Of a DNA stretch of 64,000 bases, positions 50,132 to 59,863 are shown piece after piece (positions within the stretch are counted from its first letter, which is position 1; each line of letters opens with the position of its first letter). Below the pieces are notes generated by a model. It saw nothing but the letters and a program-made list of their open reading frames with translations. It searched no databases and had not been told where the DNA came from. This DNA is from Marine Group II euryarchaeote MED-G35 (GTDB lineage: Archaea; Thermoplasmatota; Poseidoniia; Poseidoniales; Thalassarchaeaceae), in contig NTJS01000001.1 of NCBI GenBank assembly GCA_002457155.1, positions 2,534-66,533 on the forward strand, written 5' to 3'. Made by a program: the position numbers and the translations under genes.

Positions 50132-51253
50132 TCAGTAGTGGGAGAAGACTACATCGGCTACAGAGTGAGTGACCAATCTTCCATTATCGACTATTCTGCC
50201 GACCCTCCTGCTTCCGGGCAGACGGCTGCCAATCCACTCCTCGGCCACCTCAGCAGAGTCCTCAGAGACCGCGATCACCATCCCCATCCCCATGTTGAAG
50301 GTCCGATGCATCTCCAGGGGAGAGACCGAACCAACCTCTGATATCCATTCGAATTCTGGTTGTGGTTCTAGTGGGCTATCGATATGCCAGCCCAGGCTGT
50401 CATGGAGTCGGAGGAGGTTGGACAACCCACCTCCTGTGATGTGCGCTATTGCCCTGATGGACTCAGGTCCCACTACTCCCCCTTCCCCTCGGGATTCCAG
50501 AATAAGATCTACCACTGGGTCGACATATATCCGAGTCGGGTTCAACAGCACCTCGGCCAGAGTGGGATGCGAATCTACCTCGGAGAACCTTTCTATTTCT
50601 CTGGAATAATGACTCGGATCGAAGGGACATGGATCTTCGAGTGAGCAACCAGATCTCTCGATCACCGCACGGACTAGTGTATACCCGTTTGAGTGGACTC
50701 CACTGCTTGGAAGTCCAATCAAAACATCACCCTCCTCCAGATTTTGTCCGGTAATCCCGTGACCCTTGGGGAACCAACCCAGAGACGTTCCGGAGAGATC
50801 AAGCTCCTTCACGATTCCAGGCAGTGTCGCAGTCTCTCCCCCAGCAAGCGTCACTCTGGCCGTTTCGCAGGCTCTGGAGAGGGAAGCCCCCAGAGTAGCA
50901 TGGACCTCCGGGTCTGCAACCGGCACTGCGATGTAGTCCACGAAGGCGATAGGCTCGGCTCCAACGCAAATCAGATCGTTTACGTTCATAGCCACACAGT
51001 CGAACCCAACGCCCCCAAGCCGACCAACCTCATTTGCAATCTGCAATTTCGATCCAACTCCATCAGTAGCCAATGCTAGGCAGGATTCTCCGAATTCGAT
51101 CACTCCTCCAAAACCACCGGGTAGGTCGACGGGCGCCCCTAGCTCCCCCGGGCCTCTCTTCGACCGGGCCAGAGACTCGACCAAACTCGCCACTGCCCTC
51201 CCCTCTAGGTCTATGTCGACCCCACTTGATGCATAGTCCAATGGGCCCTCCAT
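50132..51253 (-). CDS. purM: Phosphoribosylformylglycinamidine cyclo-ligase
   Basis: YASSGVDI, TDGVGSK, AMNVND, GGETA, SSGVHSNG, HITGGG, TFNMG. Confidence 0.96.
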   Translation of the reverse strand: MEGPLDYASSGVDIDLEGRAVASLVESLARSKRGPGELGAPVDLPGGFGGVIEFGESCLALATDGVGSKLQIANEVGRLGGVGFDCVAMNVNDLICVGAEPIAFVDYIAVPVADPEVHATLGASLSRACETARVTLAGGETATLPGIVKELDLSGTSLGWFPKGHGITGQNLEEGDVLIGLPSSGVHSNGYTLVRAVIERSGCSLEDPCPFDPSHYSREIERFSEVDSHPTLAEVLLNPTRIYVDPVVDLILESRGEGGVVGPESIRAIAHITGGGLSNLLRLHDSLGWHIDSPLEPQPEFEWISEVGSVSPLEMHRTFNMGMGMVIAVSEDSAEVAEEWIGSRLPGSRRVGRIVDNGRLVTHSVADVVFSHY

Positions 51254-51391
51254 GGTACGTCGCAGAGATGAAGCAACTTCATCCTCTCGGAAGACCGCTC
51301 TCAGGAGGGATAATCCGACCTGAAAAAACGCGAAGTTCGGGCAATAAAGGTCAATTTTAGACATTTACTTATAAAGAGCAAATCACTATAG

Positions 51392-51398
51392 TTTATAT
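51392..51398 (+). promoter_or_regulatory. Putative TATA box of the liv-type operon
   Basis: TTTATAT in an AT-rich divergent intergenic region, ~35-45 nt before the start codon. Confidence 0.4.
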
Positions 51399-51430
51399 GT
51401 ATCAGGTATTTCGCGGGGCCTACGGATAGT

Positions 51431-54400
51431 GTGAACACTATGTATAACAAGAAAATGATAGCAATGATGCTTACCCTGAGCATGCTAGCGGCTAGTCTCG
51501 CTGGATGCGCAGGAGGGGACGATGACTGGGACGCAGAGAAAGCGTCCAGCGACGTCAGCGTAGTATGGGTTGAGTCCGCTTGGGACCCAATCATCCCCAA
51601 CCTGAATGCCGGCGAGATGTGCGATGTCATCATCTCAGCCATGACCAAGACCGCAACACGCGACGAAGTTGTCGACTTCACCCGTGCCTACTACACTAGT
51701 AGCCAGGGAGTAATCGGCGGCTCAGGAGCTGCATCGATCAGCGATGTTTCCGAGCTTAACGCGGCTGGTGTCACTGTAGGGGTACAGTCCGGAACAACAT
51801 CGGATATCTACGCAAACGGTGATGCTACAAACGATGCAATGCTTCCCGATGCTTCCGTTGTAGCATACGAAGACTTCCCAACGGTCATCGCTGCACTGAA
51901 CAACGGTGACGTCATGTACGCATTGGGAGACGCACCTGTGCTCTCCTTGGAAGGGACTCTGATGACGTCCTTCTCCGACGAGAACTTCGGTTTCGCAGTC
52001 CGCGAGGACTCGGGCGACCTCCTAGATGCCCTCAACACGGCAATCGGAGCTATAGTCGACTCGGGAGAGTACGACGACATCTACGCAGCATCCTTCAACG
52101 GTGCAGTCACCCTTGCGGATGACAGCACTGCTGACACTGCTATGGCGTACCCAGCCGATTTCGCTGCATCAAGCGACCTCGCTGGTGTCCTCGACTCCGG
52201 AGCACTGAGGATCTGCACAGACCCGTTCTACGCTCCATTCGAGAGCTATGACGCAGACAACAACGTGGTCGGATTCGACGCAGACATCGCGCACGCGATA
52301 GCTGACGAAATCGCAGCTCACTACATGGGCACCGCTAACCCGATGTTCAGCGGCGACCCGCTCCCAGATCCACCGACCCTCATCAGGATTGGTTTCCTGA
52401 ACGACGCTAGCGGGCCAATAGCCCAGTTCGCCGCGCCCTTCACTTGGGCATGGGGACAGGCTCAGGATGACCTTAACGCGGTCGACTCCGCCAACTACGT
52501 CTTCGAGGTAATCGAGGCAGACTCCGGATGCGACGGTACCATGGGCCAGACGGCTGCTCAGTCACTGATTGACGCAGGCGTAGTGGCAGTAGCCGGTGCA
52601 GCTTGCTCCGGTGCATCGATGGGCGCAAACGCAGTGCTCTCCGCCGCAGGGATCCCGATGATCTCCTACGCGAGCACCTCACCTGCGCTTTCGAGCGACG
52701 CAGACCACCCGCTCTTCTACAGGATCGTTCCGAGCGATGCTCTGCAGGGACAGGCAGCTGCGGACATGATCGCAGCTTCCGGCGTCACTAACACTGCCGT
52801 CATTCACATGACGAACAGCTACGGTGCAGGACTAGCCGACGCAACGGTGGAGAACCTAGGTGCAGCAAACGTTTGCCTGCAGGCAGGTTACGAGGAGACC
52901 GCGACCGACTTCGCAGCAGCAGTTCAGTCTGTGATCGATGAAGGATGCGACTCCGCTTTCCTGGCCTCTTACTCCGCTGACGGCGCTATGATCGTCGAGA
53001 CCATGGCAGGGCTTGGCGCTGCTATCCCGACCTTCAGCGCAGACGGAATGGCCGGCGAGGCAGCTCTGAATGACTACTCGGCACCAGCAGCAGCCAACGG
53101 GCTACAGGTCACCAAGCCTATGGCAGCAGCCGCAGGCGCAGGCGTCTTCACGGCCGCCTGTGCAGCAGACGCAGTCTGCTCGACAGGGATCTACCAGTCC
53201 GAGTCGTACGACACGGTCATGATGATCGGACACGCTGCTATGCACGAGGATGGAGAGAACATGGCTACGCACATCGAGATGGTAGGCAACGGTTACGCTG
53301 GAGACAGCGGCACCCACACCTTCCTGGCCAACGGCGATGTCGGTGGCTCGGGATATGATGTGTGCACCTTCTACCACGTGCCAACCTATGGCGAGTACTT
53401 CAACTGCGACAGGATGTGGGACGCTACGAACGGCCTCTCAGACGTTGCATGGGCAGGAGCCACCGTCAAGATCGGCTTCCTGAACGACGCCACAGGGCCG
53501 ATTGCCGTATACGCCGGCGGGTTCGTGGCAGCCTCTCAGATTGCAGTAGGACTAGCCAACACCATCGGATACAGCAGTGGTGTGCAGTTCGAGATAGTCT
53601 ATGCCGACTCAGGCTGTGACGGTGCAATGGGCGGAACTGCTGCTCAGTCACTAGTGGATGCTGGTGTTTGGGGAGTAGTCGGAGCAGCATGCTCCGGTGC
53701 TTCGATTGGTGCCAACGCGGTCCTTTCCGCGGCAGGCATCCCCCAGGTATCCTATGCGAGCACCAGCCCAGCGCTCACTGACGCAACGCTCTACCCCGAC
53801 TTCTTCAGGGTGGTCCCAAGCGACGCCTTCCAGGGCTCAGTGATTGCAGATGTAATGTCGGCCGACTCCCAGGACAACGTTGGCGTGATCCACATGACCA
53901 ACGCATACGGTGCGGGTCTGGCAGACGCTTTCGTGGCTAACATGGATGCATCCCACGTATGCACCCAGGTGGGTTATGAGGAGTCTGCAACAGACTTCGG
54001 CACCTATGCCCAAGCCGTGATTGACGCTGGTTGCACATCCGTGCTACTCGTCTCCTACGCCAGCGATGGCGCTGGAATCATCGAGGAATTGTCCGCAAGG
54101 TCATTCTCAGGCGCAATATACGGCGCTGATGGAGTCGCGGAAGAAGGCCTGGCTGCAGGGATGGCCGACACCACTCTGGTGGACGGCATAATCGCAACCA
54201 AGCCCGCTGCAGCCGGAGACCCCGGTATGGTGGCACTGGTCTTCGCAGGGCTCTGTGCCCAGTCTACGGATTGCGCAGGCGGGATCTACACCGCCGAGGC
54301 GTTCGACGCAGTGACCATCGTTGCGTTCGCAGCCTTCACCGCACTGGCGACACCCGGCCTATCAAGTTCGGATGCCGTGCAGGGAACAGGCCAAGGATGG

Positions 54401-54550
54401 AACGGTGCTAGTGGCACGATCAGCTTCCTGTCAAACGGAGACGTGCCCGCTGCAGGATTCTGCATCGGGGAGTTCACTTCTGACGGTACGACGGTCTCAT
54501 ACGACTGCACCAGAAGCTGGGACCCAGTCAACGGCATCACGACCGCGTGA
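51431..54550 (+). CDS. Three-domain ABC substrate-binding lipoprotein (permuted family-3 SBP plus two LivJ-type domains)
   Basis: SLAGC lipobox; DVIISAMT..RDEVVDF, GVQSGTT, ICTDPFYAPFE; two IGFLND..GP...DSGC...GAACS...ASTSPAL...R(I/V)VPSD domains. Confidence 0.9.
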   Translation: MNTMYNKKMIAMMLTLSMLAASLAGCAGGDDDWDAEKASSDVSVVWVESAWDPIIPNLNAGEMCDVIISAMTKTATRDEVVDFTRAYYTSSQGVIGGSGAASISDVSELNAAGVTVGVQSGTTSDIYANGDATNDAMLPDASVVAYEDFPTVIAALNNGDVMYALGDAPVLSLEGTLMTSFSDENFGFAVREDSGDLLDALNTAIGAIVDSGEYDDIYAASFNGAVTLADDSTADTAMAYPADFAASSDLAGVLDSGALRICTDPFYAPFESYDADNNVVGFDADIAHAIADEIAAHYMGTANPMFSGDPLPDPPTLIRIGFLNDASGPIAQFAAPFTWAWGQAQDDLNAVDSANYVFEVIEADSGCDGTMGQTAAQSLIDAGVVAVAGAACSGASMGANAVLSAAGIPMISYASTSPALSSDADHPLFYRIVPSDALQGQAAADMIAASGVTNTAVIHMTNSYGAGLADATVENLGAANVCLQAGYEETATDFAAAVQSVIDEGCDSAFLASYSADGAMIVETMAGLGAAIPTFSADGMAGEAALNDYSAPAAANGLQVTKPMAAAAGAGVFTAACAADAVCSTGIYQSESYDTVMMIGHAAMHEDGENMATHIEMVGNGYAGDSGTHTFLANGDVGGSGYDVCTFYHVPTYGEYFNCDRMWDATNGLSDVAWAGATVKIGFLNDATGPIAVYAGGFVAASQIAVGLANTIGYSSGVQFEIVYADSGCDGAMGGTAAQSLVDAGVWGVVGAACSGASIGANAVLSAAGIPQVSYASTSPALTDATLYPDFFRVVPSDAFQGSVIADVMSADSQDNVGVIHMTNAYGAGLADAFVANMDASHVCTQVGYEESATDFGTYAQAVIDAGCTSVLLVSYASDGAGIIEELSARSFSGAIYGADGVAEEGLAAGMADTTLVDGIIATKPAAAGDPGMVALVFAGLCAQSTDCAGGIYTAEAFDAVTIVAFAAFTALATPGLSSSDAVQGTGQGWNGASGTISFLSNGDVPAAGFCIGEFTSDGTTVSYDCTRSWDPVNGITTA

Positions 54551-54565
54551 TTGGAATTACGAAAA

Positions 54566-54596
54566 GCAGTGCGGCGGGTTAAGCCCGCCGCACTGC
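54566..54596. terminator. Perfect 13-bp GC-rich stem-loop between the SBP and permease genes
   Basis: GCAGTGCGGCGGG-TTAAG-CCCGCCGCACTGC. Confidence 0.65.
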
Positions 54597-54638
54597 CCCA
54601 ACAATTATCCCGTCTGATGGACGGGTTCGCTAGAGAGC

Positions 54639-57600
54639 ATGCTTCACGATGCGCTAAACAGATTTTCAGAGCTTCCAAGAGGAACCCGTAGGCTAATCAT
54701 CGCCACAGCAATGTTCCTCGATGCAAACCTCCTTGGCACACTCAAAGGCTACGGGTCCCTAAACATCCTAGACGCACTCCTAGGGGGTGGTCTTCCAAAC
54801 GACATGGTATGGATCCTACAAGTCGTGGAGTCTATCTCGGCCGGATTCGTAGTTGTCAAGGTACTGTTCGATGACTCCCCAAGCAGCATTTATCGGACCA
54901 TTGGATTGTTGATCTCCCCCTTGTTCATGGTGGCCCTGACGTTCTTCACTCTGGATATCCTGATGCAGGGCCTTGACGTCGGTGCCAAATTCACCCTCGA
55001 TTCGGTGTCAATCGCCTCAGGAACCCTGACATGGTCATCCACCTACCTGGCGATAGCAATTGGACTCACACTCACCTACAGGGTCCAGAGGTACGGGAAC
55101 TTCGCCCAATCAGAGCTCTTCATGCTGGGGATGTACCTTGCCGTGGTCATGGCCTGGACTGACGAATTGTTCCCCATGTCGGACCTCCCAACATCCAAGG
55201 ACGGGGTCCTAACTTGGTCTGTACTCGCATTCATCCTCATTGCAGCGTTCGTCCTAACCGGGTTTGCCGGCATCATCATCGACAGACTCGTTTACCGGGG
55301 CTTCCGGAAGAAGGAGGCAAGCCCCCAGGTCATGATGATAGCCTCTCTCGGCGTAGCGCTGATCCTCCGTGCTCTGACCTACCTGCGGTTCGGAGCCGGG
55401 AGGCAACTATTCGAGCCCGAAGGGGATTGGAGGCTCCCGAGCCTATCATGGGAGATTCCGACAACAAAGATCCGATTCAACCTAGGCGATAGGTCCCTGG
55501 CCGAGGGCAGTTCGTACACCCATTTCAAATGCGAACAGACGGGACTGGATGAAGCCACAGGCGAACCAATCCTCTCCAGAATCGTCAGCGAGTCATCCAA
55601 GCCCGCGATGGAGATCTACGACACCACTGCCGACTGCGTCACCCAGGCCACTACCAACTACGTCTACTACAAGGGGGCGGTGCCATTCGTGGTTTTCTCA
55701 TCCGTTTTCCTGTTGATCCTGCTCCTGAACAAGACCAGGCTGGGAAGGAGGATGAGGGCGGTCGCCGATAACCCCGAGTTGGCGGCAAGCAGCGGGATCA
55801 ACGTAGAGAGGGTACACATGACCAGCGCCTTCCTTTCGGCCGGGCTGTCGGGGATCGGAGGGGCCATATTCGCCATGACTCTGAGATTCAGCGCGGAAAC
55901 GGCCTTCACCCTCCTCCTGCCCTCATTCGCGATCATCGTCCTGGGAACGATAGGATCCATCCCGGGTGCATTGGTGGGCTCCATTGTAGTTGGATTCGTC
56001 AGGGCCCTCTCTGGGCCGGTGACAATCGGGATAGGATACCCCCTCGGGAGGCCGGCGCTCACGACGCTCGACTCAATGATGCCGTACATTTTCCTAATCG
56101 CCATCCTGATGATCATGCCCCAGGGGATTGGGGATGCTTACGAGAAGTGGAAGATAGAGAGGCTGAGGAAGAGGGAGGCCGACGACTCCGATCGGAACAT
56201 CAAGACGGCAGTGGTATTGGCCATCCTGCCTACCGGCATCCTCGGCCTCCACCATTGGTGGAGGAATCGCGTGAGCAGGATGCAGAACTTCTCCATAGCC
56301 GCCTTCGCCGCTTATGCATTCCACAGATTCAGTGGATTCGTGGGGGAGAACTCGTTCGCCGACGGCTCATGCTCCGAAACTTGTGATGCCAGCCTCTCGG
56401 CAGAGACGAACCTAGCTGTCCTGACGGGAAGGAACGACGGCACGCTGCTTGTGGAGGACTCCCCTCACTTCGACACCGAAGTGTCAGAAATCGACTCTTC
56501 GTGGTTCGACATGATGAGTCTCGAGATCGACTTCGTCAATTTCATCGTCGATCTGGGTGACGTAATCTGGCCCGCTGCGATAGTGGCACTCTGGCTCTAC
56601 TCTGCATACGAGGGTTTCAGGATGCTATCGGGCTCGGATGAGCCCATCGAGTGGCCCGCCTTCCAGAGAGCACGGGACCATGTTTCCTCTTCGATATCCG
56701 GGGCAATTTTGCAGGTGAGGAGGAAATGGTCAGAATTGAATATGAGGCACAAGATTGCTGTGGAAGAAGCCTCATCGAAGGTCCTAAAGTTCCTAGAGGG
56801 GCTATATGGGAGGGCTTCGGAAATAGCACGAAATGCAGTAAGCCGGGAAAAACCCGCCGCCCTGCTTTCATCAGTCTCTGACACCTCCAGCAGGCTACTC
56901 GGACCAAAGATCTCCGAAGAGAGACGAAAGGCCGGGTTGTACGGCCGGGAGAGCACCTTCGGCTCATGGGTCCTCTTCTTCGTCCTGATGTCCATACTGA
57001 TCATGTTCCTGGTTTGGTTGCCAATCGCCGAATCGGATGATTTCCGATTCAAGAAGACCCTGCAGGTTTCGAACGTCCTCCTTTCCCTCTCGGTATTCAT
57101 CTTGATGTCCTTCTCTCTAAACCTGCATACCGGCTACACTGGAATGGTCAACTTCGGAGTAATCTTCTTCGTCTCTATCGGTGCTATTACGGTAGGGATC
57201 CTGACGGCTCCAGAGAGGCTCCATGGGTATGATTGGGGAATCCTCCCAGCCACAATATTCGGCGTTGCACTAGCTGGCGTCATTGGTTGGGCGCTAGCTT
57301 ATCCCACAGCTAGACTCAGGACGGATTACTTCGCAATCGTCACCATCTCACTGGGTGAGATCGTCAGGGTACTCCTCGCAGGGGAGCCTCTTCTCAGGGT
57401 CGGGTCGGTCGGGTCGGCCATAGGGATCTCCTCGTATCCACTCCCATTGGAGAACTGGTGGTTCTGCGGCTCCAGGACTCCGGGTCCAGAAACGCCCTGG
57501 GCGAGCCCAGATGACTGTAAGAATGACATAGCCCTAGTGGACACGCCGGCAACGAACATCGGCGACCTCCTCGGTTTGGGCGAACCAGCTCCCTATATGT

Positions 57601-58352
57601 TCATCCTGATGATTCTGTCAGTAGTCTCAGTGGTCGTAGTTTGGAGGCTCCTCTCCGTCCTCCTTGCCTCTCCATGGGGGCGTGTCCTCAAGGCAATCAG
57701 GGAGGACGAAGAGGTAGCCCAGCACCATGGTCATGACGTCCTGAAACACAAGGCGGCAAGCCTGGCCCTAGGGGCTGCTATTGCAGGCCTGGCCGGGGTA
57801 TTCTGGGCTTGGAAGCTGACTGGATTTGAGCCCACCTTCATGGCACCAGCACGATCCACATTCCTTGTCTGGGCTGCCTTCGTCATCGGCGGGAGAGCCA
57901 ACAACAGGGGGATGGTCGTTGGTGCTTTCATCATCGTTCTGATGGAATTCGTCTTCAACGTACTGGTAGCAGGCCAGGGTTCATCCGACCTACCACTACA
58001 CACCACGGCTGACAGAATTGACAGCCTATTCACTTGGCTAGTCACGAGTCAGTGGGAAGTCTTCCGAATATTCGCCATAATTGCGCTGATCGGTCTAGCT
58101 ACCAGATCAGAGAGGCTTCTGGACATAGGGGCATCCGGTGCCGCGATCTTCGCATTCACGGCCATTGCACTCGGCCAGAGGTCAATCGATGAGTCTTACT
58201 ACGGAGGCGTCGTAGTCACTGACATGCTATACGTCAAGCTACTTCTTATCGGGTGCCTGATGCTGTTCTCCCTCAAGTACAATCCAAAGGGTTTGCTACC
58301 AGAGGTGCCCATGAGGCCATCTAGGCCAGAGGGGGTGTCCGGCAGTGAGTAA
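54639..58352 (+). CDS. Branched-chain amino-acid ABC permease, LivH-LivM fusion
   Basis: LivH part (AIGLTL..NFAQ, TRLGRRMRAVADN, GTIGS, PQG) and LivM part (LNLHTGYTG, RLRTDYFAIVT, GRVLKAIREDE, PKGL) in one 1237-aa frame. Confidence 0.9.
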   Translation: MLHDALNRFSELPRGTRRLIIATAMFLDANLLGTLKGYGSLNILDALLGGGLPNDMVWILQVVESISAGFVVVKVLFDDSPSSIYRTIGLLISPLFMVALTFFTLDILMQGLDVGAKFTLDSVSIASGTLTWSSTYLAIAIGLTLTYRVQRYGNFAQSELFMLGMYLAVVMAWTDELFPMSDLPTSKDGVLTWSVLAFILIAAFVLTGFAGIIIDRLVYRGFRKKEASPQVMMIASLGVALILRALTYLRFGAGRQLFEPEGDWRLPSLSWEIPTTKIRFNLGDRSLAEGSSYTHFKCEQTGLDEATGEPILSRIVSESSKPAMEIYDTTADCVTQATTNYVYYKGAVPFVVFSSVFLLILLLNKTRLGRRMRAVADNPELAASSGINVERVHMTSAFLSAGLSGIGGAIFAMTLRFSAETAFTLLLPSFAIIVLGTIGSIPGALVGSIVVGFVRALSGPVTIGIGYPLGRPALTTLDSMMPYIFLIAILMIMPQGIGDAYEKWKIERLRKREADDSDRNIKTAVVLAILPTGILGLHHWWRNRVSRMQNFSIAAFAAYAFHRFSGFVGENSFADGSCSETCDASLSAETNLAVLTGRNDGTLLVEDSPHFDTEVSEIDSSWFDMMSLEIDFVNFIVDLGDVIWPAAIVALWLYSAYEGFRMLSGSDEPIEWPAFQRARDHVSSSISGAILQVRRKWSELNMRHKIAVEEASSKVLKFLEGLYGRASEIARNAVSREKPAALLSSVSDTSSRLLGPKISEERRKAGLYGRESTFGSWVLFFVLMSILIMFLVWLPIAESDDFRFKKTLQVSNVLLSLSVFILMSFSLNLHTGYTGMVNFGVIFFVSIGAITVGILTAPERLHGYDWGILPATIFGVALAGVIGWALAYPTARLRTDYFAIVTISLGEIVRVLLAGEPLLRVGSVGSAIGISSYPLPLENWWFCGSRTPGPETPWASPDDCKNDIALVDTPATNIGDLLGLGEPAPYMFILMILSVVSVVVVWRLLSVLLASPWGRVLKAIREDEEVAQHHGHDVLKHKAASLALGAAIAGLAGVFWAWKLTGFEPTFMAPARSTFLVWAAFVIGGRANNRGMVVGAFIIVLMEFVFNVLVAGQGSSDLPLHTTADRIDSLFTWLVTSQWEVFRIFAIIALIGLATRSERLLDIGASGAAIFAFTAIALGQRSIDESYYGGVVVTDMLYVKLLLIGCLMLFSLKYNPKGLLPEVPMRPSRPEGVSGSE

Positions 58353-59139
58353 TGCCCTCGAGGTCTCTGGCCTCAGGAAGGAATTCGGCGGTTTGGTTGC
58401 CGTGAGGGAAGTCTCTTTCTCGGTTGGAGAGGGGGAGTTCGTAGGTCTGATCGGGCCCAACGGATGTGGGAAGTCCACGACCTTCAACTGCATCAGCGGC
58501 CTCCTGGAGCAGACTTCCGGCAGAATCGAGATTTTCGGAGAAGACGCCTCCGAACTAAGGCCAGACCAAATCCAGAACCTCGGGATGACGAGGACCTTCC
58601 AGCACACCAACCTTTGGAGGGAGATGACAGTGATAGAGAACCTGCTAGTTCCGCCTAGGGGGCAGTTTGGCTCATCGATCAGAGAATTGGCAAGATCGCT
58701 GCTTTTCCCGGCCAACCAAGCCGAAGCAGGGCGTCTCTCTATGGCATACGATGTCCTTGACCAGCTCGAGGTCCCGCACATGGCCCACAACATGACCAGC
58801 GAGCTGTCGGGAGGGCAGAGCAAGCTGGTGGACATAGGGAGGTCAATGATGGGCGAACCGAGGCTACTGCTTCTAGACGAGCCAGTCGCCGGGGTTGCCG
58901 GGCCGCTGGCAATGAAGATCTTCAACAACCTGAGGAAGCTAGTCGACGAGACTGGCATCACAGTCCTGATAATCGAGCACAACATGGACTTCATCCTCAG
59001 GCAGGGAGTGGATCGAATCATCGTAATGAACGAGGGCGGTGTGCTGATGGAAGGAACCCCAGACGAGGTTCGCAACAACAGGGCCGTCATAGAGGCTTAC
59101 CTTGGGGCTGCGGGGGAATCGGGGGGTGGAGAAGAGTGA
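58345..59139 (+). CDS. livG: Branched-chain amino-acid ABC ATPase, LivG-like
   Basis: FGGLVAV, GPNGCGKST, RTFQ, LLLDEP, IEHNM, VIEAYLG. Confidence 0.92.
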   Translation: MSNALEVSGLRKEFGGLVAVREVSFSVGEGEFVGLIGPNGCGKSTTFNCISGLLEQTSGRIEIFGEDASELRPDQIQNLGMTRTFQHTNLWREMTVIENLLVPPRGQFGSSIRELARSLLFPANQAEAGRLSMAYDVLDQLEVPHMAHNMTSELSGGQSKLVDIGRSMMGEPRLLLLDEPVAGVAGPLAMKIFNNLRKLVDETGITVLIIEHNMDFILRQGVDRIIVMNEGGVLMEGTPDEVRNNRAVIEAYLGAAGESGGGEE

Positions 59140-59855
59140 CTCGGGTGCTGGATGTTAGTGGCCTAGAAGGAGGGTACGGATCAGTCCAGATTCTCTATGG
59201 GATAGACATGTACGTCGACGAGGGCGAGTTCGTAACTGTGATCGGACCCAATGGGTGCGGGAAGTCCACCTTCATCAAGACGATCTTCGGCATCGCTACA
59301 TACTATCGTGGAGGAATACTCTACCGGGGCGATGAGGTATCTGGCTGGAGGACAGACCAACTGGTTAACCACGGCATTGCCTATGTCCCACAGGTGGACA
59401 ACGTGTTCCCATCACTATCCGTGTTGGAGAACCTACAGATGGGCGGGAACTCTCTCTCGCAGAGAGTCCTTAGCGATAGGATCGAGAGGTCCCTGGAGAT
59501 GTTCCCAGACCTGAGGAACAGGGAGTACGACCTCGCAGCATCCCTCTCCGGCGGGGAGAGGCAGATGCTGGCAATATCCAGAGCATTGATCTCAGATCCT
59601 AAGTTCCTACTGCTGGACGAGCCGACCGCAGCCCTATCCCCCCTCTACCAGCAGCAGATAATCGAGAGCATCGACTCACTTCGAGATAAGGGAATCACCA
59701 TTCTGATCGTCGAGCAGAACGCCAGGCTCTCCCTCGCTAGGTCAGATCGCGGATATATCATCTCCAACGGCAAGGTGGTGCACACGGGCGACGCTCAGCA
59801 CATTCTGACCGATCCCGAGATTGGCGAGTACTTCCTTGGCTCAACAGGCGAGTGA
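59136..59855 (+). CDS. livF: Branched-chain amino-acid ABC ATPase, LivF-like
   Basis: GPNGCGKST, LSGGERQMLA, LDEPT, VEQN, YFLG. Confidence 0.92.
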   Translation: MTRVLDVSGLEGGYGSVQILYGIDMYVDEGEFVTVIGPNGCGKSTFIKTIFGIATYYRGGILYRGDEVSGWRTDQLVNHGIAYVPQVDNVFPSLSVLENLQMGGNSLSQRVLSDRIERSLEMFPDLRNREYDLAASLSGGERQMLAISRALISDPKFLLLDEPTAALSPLYQQQIIESIDSLRDKGITILIVEQNARLSLARSDRGYIISNGKVVHTGDAQHILTDPEIGEYFLGSTGE

Positions 59856-59863
59856 TGGCCAAT

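Noticed and set aside
51254-51364. N-terminal extension of purM (likewise icd, moaA, rpl13, PAC2)
   Set aside because: Family similarity begins at downstream starts, and the extensions run into promoters or neighbouring genes.
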